NCBI RefSeq assembly: GCF_963676685.1
Contig: NC_092351.1
Coordinates: forward strand, 64,170,001-64,234,000
DNA from: Mytilus edulis
Taxonomy: Eukaryota
Length of the DNA: 64,000 bases
Direction of reading: 5' to 3'
Positions 1-12,124 of this stretch are shown here, one piece after another. The notes below the pieces were generated by a model. That model did no database searches. It saw only the letters and a list, made by a program, of their open reading frames with translations, and was not told the origin of the DNA. How positions within the stretch are numbered: the first letter of the stretch is position 1; each line of letters starts with the position of its first letter. The position numbers and the translations under genes are program-made.

Positions 1-107
1 ATAAATTGTCCAAATAAAAGGAACATTGTCAGTATCGTCATGTGTTAATGTGGGTTTTTTTTGGGGAGTGGGGGGTGGAGGGGGAGTGAAGGTGAGCGAT
101 TTATATA

Positions 108-293
108 CTGTTAATTCAGAAATTATTGCTAAAAATGTGACAGGGTTGTAATCGTAATAATTAAACTTGCATTTCAATTTTTTGTTATATGAATTAAACA
201 CGATTTTTCTCAATATCTCAAAAATTTAAATCGCATTTCAGTAAAAAATGACAAAATCACAATATGAAATGCACAAAATTTCTGAATTTACAG
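108..293. mobile_element. Short MITE with TA flanks (Tc1/mariner-like)
   Basis: ta|ctgttaattcagaaatt ... aatttctgaatttacag|ta inverted termini. Confidence 0.65.
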
Positions 294-872
294 TATTTAA
301 ATAGTTTGGTGTTAATTGCAAATCTAAGATTGTTCCTATTAAATTAATACAACTTATAAGATATTGACAGATTGTTTGGACTCCTGCATATTGAAGACTC
401 CCTGATATTTTCTTTTTTGGTTAAATGTTATATGATGTCTCCTTTGTTCAACAAGTATTTTATCACATAACCTCAATCATAAATGCTGATAACAGATTTA
501 TTTATAGTTTGTTAATATTTATACATGATATAGTTGGTAAGATAACACACCAAATCTTTGTACTTTGGACCTGTCTGATGATTCTAATGTAAAATTATAG
601 GGCTTTTTCAAAGATATGCCTTCAATATTTATGTACCTCACTTTAATTTTCTTACGAAGTATGATTTTTAAGTATGAAAAAGTAAAAATCAAAGACATTT
701 TAATTATTTGTTTACTTCATTAGTGTTATATTACAATTATTGGGGCCTTAAGCTTGAAGAATTTTTTTTAAATTTCCTGTATTTCTTTCCTTTTGAGACT
801 TTCCCTCATTTCTGTATATCTATACTGAACTATTAATTTATATGTTATTCAGAATTTATCATAATATTTGAA

Positions 873-2957
873 ATGGCCTCCTCTACAACTGAGAAAATGT
901 TTACCCCAATTCATTGTCAGATTTGTGATATTTCTTCAGATTTAAAATGGATGTGTTCAGACTGTGATTTGTACTTCTGTGCCAACTGTGATTTAAAATT
1001 CCATGGAAAAAATAAAATTTTGGCAGGACATACGAAAATTAACATTGAACATTGCAGCACTGAAAATATCACTGAGCTAATTCGTAAAGCTGAATTTGAG
1101 AACATAACCTGTAGCTTACATAAGGAACAAAAATGTGATTTATTTTGCAGAGACTGTCATTACCCAATCTGCAAAATATGTGTTTCAGCAGACACACACA
1201 AAAACCATGAACTGACATCAATTGAAGACATGCTAAATGAGAAAATCATCGATAAAAAAGATTTTGAAAACAGAACTGGAACATATTTTAATCATTATGC
1301 ACAAACTGTCAATGAACTTGAATGTATGCTTGAAAAGGCAAAAGAAAAATACAACAGGACTAGGGAGAATATTTTAAAAACAGAAAAAGAGTCAATTAGT
1401 GCAACGAAAGATTATGTTACATCCCTGGGGAAAAAAATGGAATCAGAGTTGAACCACATTACAAAAAGGTTAAAAGAGGAAATCAAATTAGTCGGTAGCG
1501 TAAAAAGGAAGCTTCAAAAGCAAGCGGAATTAACGCAAGCTCTTACACCATTGAAAATTCTTACAAAAAAATATAATAAAAATCTGTTTTATCAAGTTAA
1601 TGATTATGTTTATCGTCAGAGACTTAAACAAACTTGTTTTATAACAAAACAATTTGATAAAAGAAGCCTATTTGGAAATGCAATTGAAAAAAAATTGAGG
1701 GCCAATTTACTTAAAGGTCCTGATCTTAAGCATATTACTTCATTTAAAACAAAACTGAATGGAATTTCAAAACTTTTACCGATGGATAATTCTAAAGCAA
1801 TGATAGCCAGCTACAAAGAAGAAATTTTGCAGAAAATTATGTTTGAAAAATCTGAAATAAAACATGAACAGGAATTATTGGAGACAAAAGTTGCGAGTAT
1901 GGACCTTATTTCCAATGCGATTAGTGACAATCAATTTGAAACATCTGAAATAAAAGATGAACAGGAATTTTTGGAAACAGAAGATGCAGGGATGGACATT
2001 ATTCCCAATACGATTAGTGACAATCAACTTGAAAAATCTGAAATAAAAGATGAACAGGAATTTTTGGAATCAGAAGATGACGATATGGACTTTAAGTCCA
2101 ATCTTTTTAGTGACGATGAGTGTAAAGGATTTGAAATATTAGTTGAACAGGAACTATCAAAAACAAAAGTTTTCGATATGGACATTATGCCAAATGGCGA
2201 CATTCTGCTATCAGTTCAAGAATGTGAGCTTAAACTGTTGAAGGGAAAAGAAATCATTGATCATGTTTCATTTCATTCATTTTCCCCACTGAAAACTTTT
2301 GGCATCCATGTTAACAAAAACAATGAAATTATTGTTGGAATAAGTGCTGGATTTCCTGGTGAAGAAGACAAAAAACCAAAACCAGGAAAAGTTGTGGTTC
2401 TAAATTTGGATGGAATGGTAAAAAGAATACATGAATCAAACAAGGACCAATATTGGAGAGAATGGTGTGTATGTCCTACCAGAATAGTGACTGACCAAGA
2501 CAATACCATCTACTTTATAGACATTTTTAAGAAATCATATTATAGTCACCGAGAAAATTATAGAATAATGAGTTTAGAAAATGAAGGGAGGGTTGTTGGA
2601 ATAGATCAAGAGGGTAAATCAAAATGGACATATAATGGTACTAAATCTCAGCAATATAGTAGAGATGTTTTTTTCTCTCCAAAAGATCTAGCTGTAATTA
2701 ATTCCACTGGCTGTATTTTGATTTATGAATTTCTAGATGATAACAGAATTAGTTCACCTGTTTTCCACATCTTATCACAAGATGGCAATGTGATTGGATA
2801 CTCTGAATTGTATAAAACTGAAATGAGCTCTAAAATAAACAATTTAAGATTTTTAAGAGGTTTAGCAATTGACAAAGACAGAAAGTTGAATCTTTGGGAA
2901 GAGACTGACTCTTATTATTCTAAGAATACAAAAATTCATGTATTAGAGTTGTTATAG
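873..2957 (+). CDS. RING-less TRIM-like protein (B-box1, B-box2, coiled coil, NHL-like beta-propeller), 694 aa, single coding exon
   Basis: CQIC-x6-WMCSDCDLYFCANC..H..H B-box1; CSLH-x7-CRDC-x4-CKIC-x5-HKNH B-box2; K/E-rich helical region; C-terminal repeats of the DMDIMPNGDIL / GIHVNKNNEII / PTRIVTDQDNTIYFID / PKDLAV type; clear paralog of 36149-37927. Confidence 0.9.
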   Translation: MASSTTEKMFTPIHCQICDISSDLKWMCSDCDLYFCANCDLKFHGKNKILAGHTKINIEHCSTENITELIRKAEFENITCSLHKEQKCDLFCRDCHYPICKICVSADTHKNHELTSIEDMLNEKIIDKKDFENRTGTYFNHYAQTVNELECMLEKAKEKYNRTRENILKTEKESISATKDYVTSLGKKMESELNHITKRLKEEIKLVGSVKRKLQKQAELTQALTPLKILTKKYNKNLFYQVNDYVYRQRLKQTCFITKQFDKRSLFGNAIEKKLRANLLKGPDLKHITSFKTKLNGISKLLPMDNSKAMIASYKEEILQKIMFEKSEIKHEQELLETKVASMDLISNAISDNQFETSEIKDEQEFLETEDAGMDIIPNTISDNQLEKSEIKDEQEFLESEDDDMDFKSNLFSDDECKGFEILVEQELSKTKVFDMDIMPNGDILLSVQECELKLLKGKEIIDHVSFHSFSPLKTFGIHVNKNNEIIVGISAGFPGEEDKKPKPGKVVVLNLDGMVKRIHESNKDQYWREWCVCPTRIVTDQDNTIYFIDIFKKSYYSHRENYRIMSLENEGRVVGIDQEGKSKWTYNGTKSQQYSRDVFFSPKDLAVINSTGCILIYEFLDDNRISSPVFHILSQDGNVIGYSELYKTEMSSKINNLRFLRGLAIDKDRKLNLWEETDSYYSKNTKIHVLELL
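1842..2205 (+). repeat. In-frame 93-bp (31-aa) tandem repeat, ~4 units, inside the TRIM ORF
   Basis: Units start at 1842, 1935, 2028, 2121 (FEKSEIKxEQE.LETK...MD); only one unit in the paralog. Confidence 0.9.
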
Positions 2958-3683
2958 CAGTACCAGACTGCAGAGTTATGTTTTAGAAAGATTTTTTAAA
3001 ATATAAAATACTTTAAACTATAGCTTTATTTATTACAAAACTTTCAGTCTTAAATCTAGAATTATACACTACACTACACTTAAGGCAGATTTTGTGATTC
3101 CCAAATGTTCATGATTGCAGTTCTAAATTGTACAGGAGAGACAAAATGTATAGATGCTCCCCTGCATCAACCTGTCATTATTATTAGGGAGTTGACACTA
3201 GCATCTTCATTTCAGAAATCCTGTTTTTTTTCTTTTTTCCCCCACTTCCTGCTTTTTATGTTAAAATTGCATTTTTTTTACCCACTTGAAACACATTTCA
3301 ACTTTTTTGCATCCTACATGTATATCAAACAAACCATTTTTTTAATCCCCTATATACAACATTCCACAGCATGTCATTCCTTTCTTCTACCATGAGAATA
3401 AAACACACAATAACTTGAATAAAATAAGCTAAGCTTTTGAAATAAATGTGGGTTATTTTCAAAAAATTTGAGTAAACCAGGTTACAGTAGGCAGGTCACA
3501 ATTGAGAAGTAAAAGAAGGCATGTCACAGATGGCATGGCACAGAAGCAGGTGGACCTGCCAAGAACAATCTGAGCTGTACTATATATTTCAATAAAAGAT
3601 TGCAAAAAAAAACCTACTCAAGTTGATTTTTTAAATGCTCACATATAACATGTTCAAAAACAGCATATATAAAAAGGAAAAAG

Positions 3684-4085
3684 AAGATGTGGTATAGTTG
3701 CCATGAGACAACTCTCACAAGATACTAAACGATACAGAAATTAAAAGCTATAAGTCACCGTACAGCCTTCAATAATGAGCAATGTTCATACCACATAGTC
3801 AGCTATAAAAGGCCCTGAAATCACAAATGTAGAACAATTCAAAAAAGAAAACTGACAGCCTAACTAATGTACAAAAACATTAACGAAAAGCAAATATGTA
3901 AAACAGCAAAAAACGACAACCACTGAATTGAAGGCACCTGAATTTGGGACAGGTTAATACATACAGAATGTGGCAGAGTTAAACATGTAAGCAGGATCCC
4001 AACTCTTCCCTAATCTGGGACAGTGGTGTAAAAGTACAACACAAGAACAAGCTATAAATAATAGTTGAAAAATGCTTAACTATAA
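3684..4085 (+). repeat. Unclassified dispersed repeat family A (gaagatgtggtatgattgccaatgagacaactc...)
   Basis: Related copies at about 12135-12480(-), 16985-17260(-), 27745-28125(+), 42290-42615(-), 44520-44850(-), 55478-55700(+). Confidence 0.75.
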
Positions 4086-4961
4086 GATGAATACATATAT
4101 AGAAAAACATCTTACAGATATCTCTTGTTTCAATCAACTTAGTCCAAAAACAAGAATACAAGCTATGAGTTATCAGGTCATGTAGGATACATATAAATAC
4201 ATTGTTGAGACATCAATCCAAGAATACAAAAAAAATCATAACAACTAGGTTAGGTACCCATTCTTGTAAAAGTTTTCATCTGATTTACATACGCGAGTTG
4301 GTGAAAACAAGGAAGGCATGGAAATCCCTTAGACTGATTATCAGGTTGTCTGCATATTTATATAAAAATATCAGCTGTGAGTCACAAAAATGAAACTTGA
4401 TGCCTGAATTATGAAAACAACCTGATGAATTCATAAGTCATGCTTAGACAGAACATGACATGAATAAATCTTAAAGTGAGTATGAAAGATAAAAATCACT
4501 AACAATTTTAAAAGTACAAAAACAATAAGATGGTATAACTAAAGACAACAAAAGTATCTGTCTTGGGACAGGCATTTTGATTTATGGCGAAGGTGTTGCT
4601 GTTGATAATTTCTGTCTATCTTTTGAAGTTATTGGTCCAAATGTTAAAAAGACTAAAAGTTATCATTGAAGGGCATTTACTCCTATAAGGGGTTACATAT
4701 TTACAGTTCTTAAGACAAGTGCTAAACTGTCAATATGTGCCGGTCCCCCATCATGGATCTGTAATGCACCAATAGTCATTTATTATTGGAATTCATTCTT
4801 GTTTTTGTTTGTTGTTTTGTACATAAATCAGGATATTGGCTGATTTGAATATTCTTACATTGCGTATATATGACAGACTTGATATATCGAAATTATGCAG
4901 TGACTGTACTAAATGTAAACAGGTTAATATAATTGTAGGGATGTATGGCAGATCTAAATAC

Positions 4962-5093
4962 CTGTTCCATCACTTTAAGTTTCTCTCTGACTTCATGTTC
5001 AGTTATGGTTTTAACATTGGCTGATGAGATGGCCACAATTCTTTCTCTTTCTTTCACTTTTTTTTCTCTTTCGTGTATCTTCTTGTTTTCCAT
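4962..5093 (-). pseudogene. CCDC138: Orphan duplicate of CCDC138 exon 5 (44 codons, AG/GT sites intact)
   Basis: 4 differences in 132 bp versus 40545-40676; encodes MENKKIHEREKKVKERERIVAISSANVKTITEHEVREKLKVMEQ. Confidence 0.8.
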
Positions 5094-5219
5094 CTTTACA
5101 CAGAATATTAAATATAATTAATCTGTGATCAGAAAATCTCTAACACCAAATTAAATTATCTTAAACAACTTTAAATTAATAGTTTACTGGACTTTACAAA
5201 ATGTATTTTTTCCTGATTT

Positions 5220-6071
5220 AGATTAATAAAATGAAATCCAAGTCTTGAAATAGGATTTTTCATATTTATTATCCAAGAGTTATTTTTTTCAGTTGCTTTA
5301 TATATTTTTAGGGCGAGTGAATTATTTGACTCAAGTATATGAAGCCAATATTTTATTGCTTAAAATTCTATTCTGGTATATAAAGGCAATCTATTCAGCT
5401 CAGCTAAACATGCAGCATTTGATGCTTTACAATGTACTCCTAGAATTTCTTTAATAAATTTATACTGCAAGTGTTCAAAGGGATCTGAATCCCTGTGTTG
5501 TTTGCCTATTCCCCATACTTCACTACCGTATAGAGCAATAGGTACAACTAGCTAGGGAGTCAAATAATTTTTCTGATAGCTTGCATTGGTTATTCAGTCC
5601 AATTGTTTTTCTTTAATTTTAAAAAGTGCTTTTCTACCCTTTTCAACAAGCAATGAGCTGCACAGATTTGGATTTCCTGTATGCTGCCGTACCATGTCAA
5701 GGTAGCAGTATGATTTGACAGTTTTTCAGGACAGGAATTCGTTATTATATCTAAAAAAAATATTATGGGTTTTTCCATTTGAGTTAAATATAATGACTTT
5801 TGATTTGTTTATGTTAAGGGAGCAACCATTTGATTTTTATGGGGGGGAGGGGGGGCTAGGATGAAATTTGAAAAAATAGACAGGACAGGAGTTTTGAGAA
5901 AAAAAAGGCAGGATGAGCATCTTGGCAAAAAAAAAAGGCAGGATGACAATTTGGGTAAAAAAAATAAACTATTAAAAAAAAGGCAGGACCGAATAGAGTA
6001 AAAAATAAAAAGGCAGGACAGAGATAACAACTAAAAAAAAAGCAAGACAAAATTTTTCATCCTAGCCCACC

Positions 6072-6105
<34 letters not shown>

Positions 6106-7545
6106 ATAAAAATCAAATGGTAGCTCCCTAACTTCTAGTTTCCAGCATTTACAAAAAACACTAAGATTATTTAAAGCTGTTTGTAATCCCTTTTCAGAAT
6201 TTGATAATAAAACTAAATCATCTGCAAATAAAAGGGAATTTATTGTTGTATCTCCAATTACAATGGGATCTGTATTAGCATCTTGGAGACTTTTTACCAA
6301 ATTATTTATGTAAAGATTAAATAATAATGGACTGAGAACATCTCCCTATTTAACGCCACAGTTGGAGACAAATTCTTCACTGAGACCATTTTTTGGAATT
6401 TAATTCTACATGTAGTATCGTCATACATAGAATGAATCATATTAAAAAGTTTACAGGACAATTTAAGCTCCAAAAGGATATAAAATAATCCATTTCTTCA
6501 AACTGTGTCAAAGGCTTTCTTGAGATCAACAAAGGCAGCAAACACCTTCTGTTTCTTATTTTTCTTTTGTTCTATTATAGATTTTAAGGTGAAGATGTGA
6601 TCTGAGGTACGGGATTTTTTCTTTAAATCCAATTTGGTTTTCACTAATAATGTTGTGTTCATTCATGAGTTTTGTAATTCTTATATATATAATTTTATTG
6701 AATAATTTTCCCAGATTAGAGGTTATAGAAATACCTCTGTAGTTTGAAGGGTCCAGCTTATTGCCCTTTTCGTGTGTTAATGAAATGAAACTTTCTTTCC
6801 ATACCTTAGGAAATGTTCCTTCTTTGATGATTAGGTTTAATAATTTAGTTAAAGGGTCAACTAGTACAGGTATACCATATTTAATCATTTCATTTGAAAT
6901 CAAGTCCTTTGCACTGGATTTACCATTTTTTAAGGTTTTAGAGGCTTTAATTATTTCATATTATGCTATTGGTTGGTTATAGGACATATTATCATTGTTT
7001 TTAGTGTATTTATTAGCTCATCTATTTTTTTAAGGATAGTTTTATGAAATGTACTGTGCTTTGGTCGAGCTTCACAAGAATTTAAATTTTTGAAGAAGTT
7101 ATAGAATGTTTGCTCGTCCAGTTTTTCTGTAGTATTATTTTCTGATGCTCGTTTCAATTTATTAAGTAAGTCCCAGAAGGATTTGGGGTCACTTTTGATA
7201 TTATTGGACAAATCAGAACATATTTTATTCTTGCATATTTTTTATTCTTGTTTACATTTTCGCCTCAATTTTGAGCGGTAAGAGTAGTATTCTTTTCTGT
7301 AAGCTCCATTAAATGGAAATTTATTTATAAGAAATGCATATTAGTATTAGTGTAGAGTAACGATTTATAGCTTCTGAATCCCATAAAAATTAATCTGGGA
7401 GTGGTTTTAAATGGTATGCTTGTTGGGTTTTAGTATTGTCATAAAAAGTGGTTAACAAGGTACAGCTTATTGCACAATGATCTGATAATGTTGTAAAGTC
7501 ATGCACAGTAAAACTATTTATGGTGTGACCATTGCCATCATCAAA
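5220..7545 (-). mobile_element. Decayed non-LTR retrotransposon (LINE) ORF2: AP-endonuclease end, reverse transcriptase and C-terminal region
   Basis: Frameshifted pieces: FTTLSDHCAI (APE), DPSNYRGISITSNLGKLF, ISENQIGF, LLFADDLVLL, WKLEV/NINKSKVIIF, LFDSL..VPIALYGSEVWG, ILGVH..ASNAACLAELNRLPL. Confidence 0.9.
5818..6128. mobile_element. PIF/Harbinger (Tourist-like) MITE inserted in the LINE
   Basis: TIR gggagcaaccatttgatttttatggggg / cccccataaaaatcaaatggtagctccc; TAA TSD at 5815-5817 and 6129-6131; internal aaaaggcaggac repeats. Confidence 0.85.
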
Positions 7546-8745
7546 ATTATTTATCGTAATCATTGTGAAGCGGACAAACAACAATACTAAACATCATAAA
7601 GTAAACCAAATACGTAGCAACACGAGCTCCATCAATCCTCCGGAGTGTTCCGGAAGAGTTTTGCAGTTCCTTTTTCAAAGTCAAATTTAAAAAAATCGCC
7701 GATATGTTATCCGTATGCAGTGAACTCAACATGACCTTTCTCGTAAAAATCCGGTCATCGCAATACGCATCGATCTGTCATTTAAATAAACTATTACCCA
7801 TTATACGTGTTATACACGTGCTCAATATCCATGCTTCTTGGTTGAATGTTTATTCTAAGGTGACATTTCTACATTTCCAAAACACGACAATTTATTAATG
7901 CTGTCATATTTTCACATCATAATAGACCGCGAGAAATTGTTTTTGACGACTATACGCATGATACGGATGCATAAAAAAATGATAAAATCGTGCAGAGAAG
8001 ACTACGTTTATGATATATACATCCATTGGTTCAAAAATTGGATAAACATTATGTTTCTCCTGTCACTCGTTTCTTATGACTTTAACAAGCTAAATATGTT
8101 AATAATTTACTTCCGGTTTTTCTCGCGATCGAGAAAAAGAGGACAGGATTGTGGTTATAACAATATATGGAACATATCGAAAGTCATATGTGAAACCGAT
8201 ATACATAAAGTCGACAGTAGTTTACCGCTTTTCAACAACAAGAGGAACACTAAAGTGTAAAAATACAGACGTTAACATACAAAGACAGGAACTATATGAC
8301 AAAAACAGCCAAATTCGTGACTTGTTACTGCACATTATCAGTCAGAATGGTAGGATGAACCTGGTTTTATGGCTATATAAACCGCCAGCTTATATGGCAA
8401 TGTTAAAATATCTCTAAGATGACAACACTGCGTGAGATGAATTAAAGTCAAACAAACCAAGATAACCTCCGTAAAAGTATCGAAAAGAAGACTTCAACTT
8501 TATAACTTTGGACTATTGATGCTATATAGATAGCTTAGAAGCAGTTACCCTCTGCTAAATTGATATGATAGGAACCGTAAAACTAGAATATTCTTTTAAC
8601 TCGAAAAATATGCAGCTGGAGTGTTGCAACGCAGAAATGAAACATTCACAACTTGAAAATTGAAATCATCTCTTTTTCAACATTTCTATTGATTAAAGTT
8701 TGATGGGATTTATAGTGACTAAATTTGTAATTGCACTTTATTTCA

Positions 8746-10447
8746 TTATTTCAATTGATAAACGGTTGTTTTGCTATTTCTATGATATCCATCAGTGTGT
8801 CCAACTAGACGTAGACCTTCAGAATCAATTGCTAAAGTGCCACAAAAAGGCAGGTGAGATGTACCTTCTGTATAAAACACTGTATATGTAGTTCCTATTC
8901 CTTCCTGATTTACACAATGTATCATTCCTGGTGTATCGAGAACAAACATTAGATCTTCACTGTTCGTTGCTAAATCATAAGGTATGAAATTGGGGGAATT
9001 TGAACCTTCGTATTTCCAATTTAATGACCCTACGGATTTAAACACAACACTCTCATCATCTTTCATATTATTGTCGACATCAATAACACATATCGATTTT
9101 TCATAATTGATTACAATTTTCAAAGGACACTTAAACAGTTTTTGTTTCGTTTTTTTTTTTATCATGTTCGTATGTATTTACAACCTCCTTTTCAGCATTT
9201 AATACTAAAACTTTACCGCTAGTGTCAAGTTCGTTTACAACATTCGAAGATGAAAGGCCATCCAAAATTTCGTTTTCTTTACCAACACAAATGCCATATG
9301 TATCGAAAGACTTAAAGCTTTGGAAAAGCCCCAACTTTCCTTCCAAATCCCATATATTTAGTTTAGAACTTTTCATTGAGAGGAGAACCTTGCTATTTTT
9401 CATGAGTGCCATATATCATAAACTTTAATACCGTTGTGCTGTTTTTCAACAACTATATCGTTATTTTCAATCTTAACTTGTAATAGTGCTTCTGTTACAC
9501 TAGAAAAAATCACACGGTCTTTTTCATAACACAAAAATTTTGATAAATCCTTTAAATCTGGTTTTAACACATGGTGGAATTCATACTTTGGACCACTATC
9601 TAAAGCACCAAAGAAGTTTTGTAAAGAAGTTTTTACATCTTTCAGGCACACATTCACTTTTGACTGTTGAAGTTTCATTTGATATATATATTTTTTTGTC
9701 TTCAATTTCTCACAGGGAGTACGCGTAGTCTTTAATATTTCCAAAACGTGTTGCGACGGTAGTGTTAGATTTATGGATTCCTTTTTTTTTTCTCTATTTT
9801 TTTTTCTGTGTTCGGCGACCTCAGTTTGTCTACTGCTGATAATTTTTTTTAGTCATTTCCAATTCATCATTCAGTGTTTTCAAAAGGTGTCCACTATACC
9901 TTTTTAAAATATTACTAAGTTCCAGATCTCTTTGAATAATTGCACTTCGTGTCTCTGTATACTCCTTTCGCCCATTGTCAAACGATACATTACTTCGACG
10001 TTCTTCTTCTATACATCTAGCTATCTCGTCTTCTGTTTCGTTCTTCACATCGTTAAGAATTTTCATTTTTTTTTTATCATAAACGTCGCTTATTTCATTC
10101 AGAGCACGATCTCTGTGTGAATTTTCTATTATACATTATGAAGTGTTACAAATTTGCACTCAAAACAAGCTTCACTTTTGGTTCACGTGATTCGCACAGA
10201 ATTTTTTTCCCAACTGAGCCATTTGAATACATTGGGTTTCTTCTTTCTGTCCTAAATCTTTAATGTCAATAATGACATGATCCTTCAATAATTTACTTTT
10301 TGAATGTAACTTTAAATTCATGGGATGGCAATTATCACAGAACAGTAAATCACACTCATTGCATTTCCATTTTAAATTTGTTGTCTGCTCACATAGTGGA
10401 CATGTTGCAGTAGATTGTGCTTTTTGAACTGATCTAGAGAGCGACAT
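8746..10447 (-). pseudogene. Disrupted RING-less TRIM-like gene (B-boxes, coiled coil, propeller)
   Basis: ORF fragments 10172-10447, 9830-10066, 9400-9744, 9131-9412, 8746-9165 tile one paralogous protein; TGA at 10172-10174 where paralogs have a B-box2 Cys; several frameshifts. Confidence 0.85.
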
Positions 10448-11775
10448 AGTTCCTATCTTCCCCTCTGAAGAATGACTGCGGGTAACTAGATTGTTAACTA
10501 GTTTGTTATGGAAACCTATAATGTTTTTTTGTATGTTCTCTTAAATGGACTCTTTAATTGTTGAAAAGCAAATATTTACCCTTTCAAAGCTTTGATAAGT
10601 GTACAATAAAAATATCACATGCATCGTTTTTTAATAAGTAAAAATGACATTTCATGTACATCTTGTATGCCTAATTCAATAAAAAAAAACCTTTAACAAC
10701 CTGAATTAGGTTTGCTATTCAGTCTTCTTTTTATATATTTTAGATTTTGTGATAATATTAGATGTATATATATAATTCATTTAAATATATGTGATTAGCA
10801 ACGGCTATACATAGTGCGATATATTCAAGGATATTCGGTCAAACGAGAACTCATTCCATTAATCTGCATTTGTATAGAGTTACCTTGAAAATAAGTCAGA
10901 CATTCGTTTTGTTGGAAGAATGAAATAAGAATCTATTAAAGAATTACATAATATTAATTTAGTATTTAAAAGAAGAACACATGTCAAAAGAAATGATTTA
11001 AGAAAACATGTCAACAGATATGATTTAATGTAATAGATAAGTGATTCAGTGTTGTGTAGTCTTTAGGAAAAGGTATAAAATAATTAATGTGTCGACATGG
11101 ATTATCGATTTATTTATTTTTTGTAACTATAACTTTTATATTTAGACTGTTTACAAAACTTGGAATTTTTCGAAATACTCAGGCTTAACATTACCAAGAA
11201 TAGATTGCTTTATAAGTATTGACAAAAAACTTTCGGTATAACGAAGTAACAAAAACATCCAGAGGAGAAAAGCAAATAAAGCGTGAACTCAAGAGGCGAA
11301 CAGGAATTCTGATACAACTATCAAGTTTGCACTCGGGTTTTTTTTCTTCGAATAAGGAACAAGCCATTGTATAAAATTGTCCAAATGACGAATCCTGTCA
11401 GTTTTAATTCAGAATGGGAAAGGTTTCTTCCTTGGCTATTTAATAAATCCACGCTCTCATAATTGATACGACAGCAGAGGTCGTACCCTGAATAGTTGGT
11501 GCAAGTTTAAACACACTATTCAAGCTTTCAAAATTGATGATTTTCTAAGGGTTGTTAAATAAATTGCGGTGGTGTCTTACCATATCTTTGTTTGGACTTG
11601 TTTGTTTTGCTTTTGGCCTTGAAAGTTTGTCCCTAATAATTTTATTAACTATGTATTTGCATTTAGGTATCGCAGATCAAATTTATTCGTTCATAGTGTG
11701 TTAATTTACGTTTTTTGTTTGAGTTAAGCCTTCCAATTGATATTTTAACGTGTGTTTTTCTATGTTGTGATGTTA

Positions 11776-12124
11776 GTTAAACATATTTGTTTATAGTGGA
11801 TTGGGAAACAAGTTTTGCAACTTATATTAATCCCTTTCCACTTTGCGGGTGCGAGTGCTGCCTTGTAGCGGCATTCGCCTACTCTTTTTCGAAATCTACA
11901 AGGGTGTCGTTATCGTGCAAGAGATATGGCTGCCTCTTAACACGGGTCAGCCATTTATCGTCCCCTTCCGACGGACTATCATCGTTTCCTCAAGACAATA
12001 CTCGCAAATGGTGTCAAGGGAGAGCCGAAAATTGAGTTCCTGAAATTTTCTTCCCGAACGGGAATCCAAACCAGGAACCTTTGTGTTAGTAGTCCGATGC
12101 ACTAACCACTACACCACGGCTCTC
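11776..12124 (-). mobile_element. tRNA-derived SINE, full length, with TSD
   Basis: Minus-strand head agagccgtggtgtagtgg (A box) ... ggtttggattcc (B box); 10-bp TSD tgtgatgtta at 11766-11775 and 12125-12134; second copy at 20934. Confidence 0.8.

Larger units (their letters stand above)
460..5219 (+). repeat. Segmental duplicate of ~35595-40802 (TRIM gene plus CCDC138 exon 5 region)
   Basis: Colinear similarity upstream of, within and downstream of both TRIM ORFs (e.g. ccacagcatgtcat, gctatgagttatcaggtcatg, atatcagctgtgagtcacaaaaatgaaact); final block 4710-5219 is about 95% identical to 40294-40802. Confidence 0.85.

Noticed and set aside
917-2509. Antisense short ORFs over the TRIM genes (917, 2273, 36199, 37279 and others)
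   Set aside because: Shadow ORFs of the coding strand; similarity between copies reflects paralogy
5021-5030. CTGATGAG inside CCDC138 exon 5 and its copy (also ~40604) as a hammerhead core
   Set aside because: No stem II-GAAA-NUH follows; it is antisense coding sequence
8105-8140. ETS (acttccgg) plus tctcgcga promoter-like motifs
   Set aside because: They lie in CpG-rich repeat-like DNA with no associated first exon
12040-12124. tRNA gene
   Set aside because: A/B boxes continue into a repeated body with a TSD, so this is a SINE head
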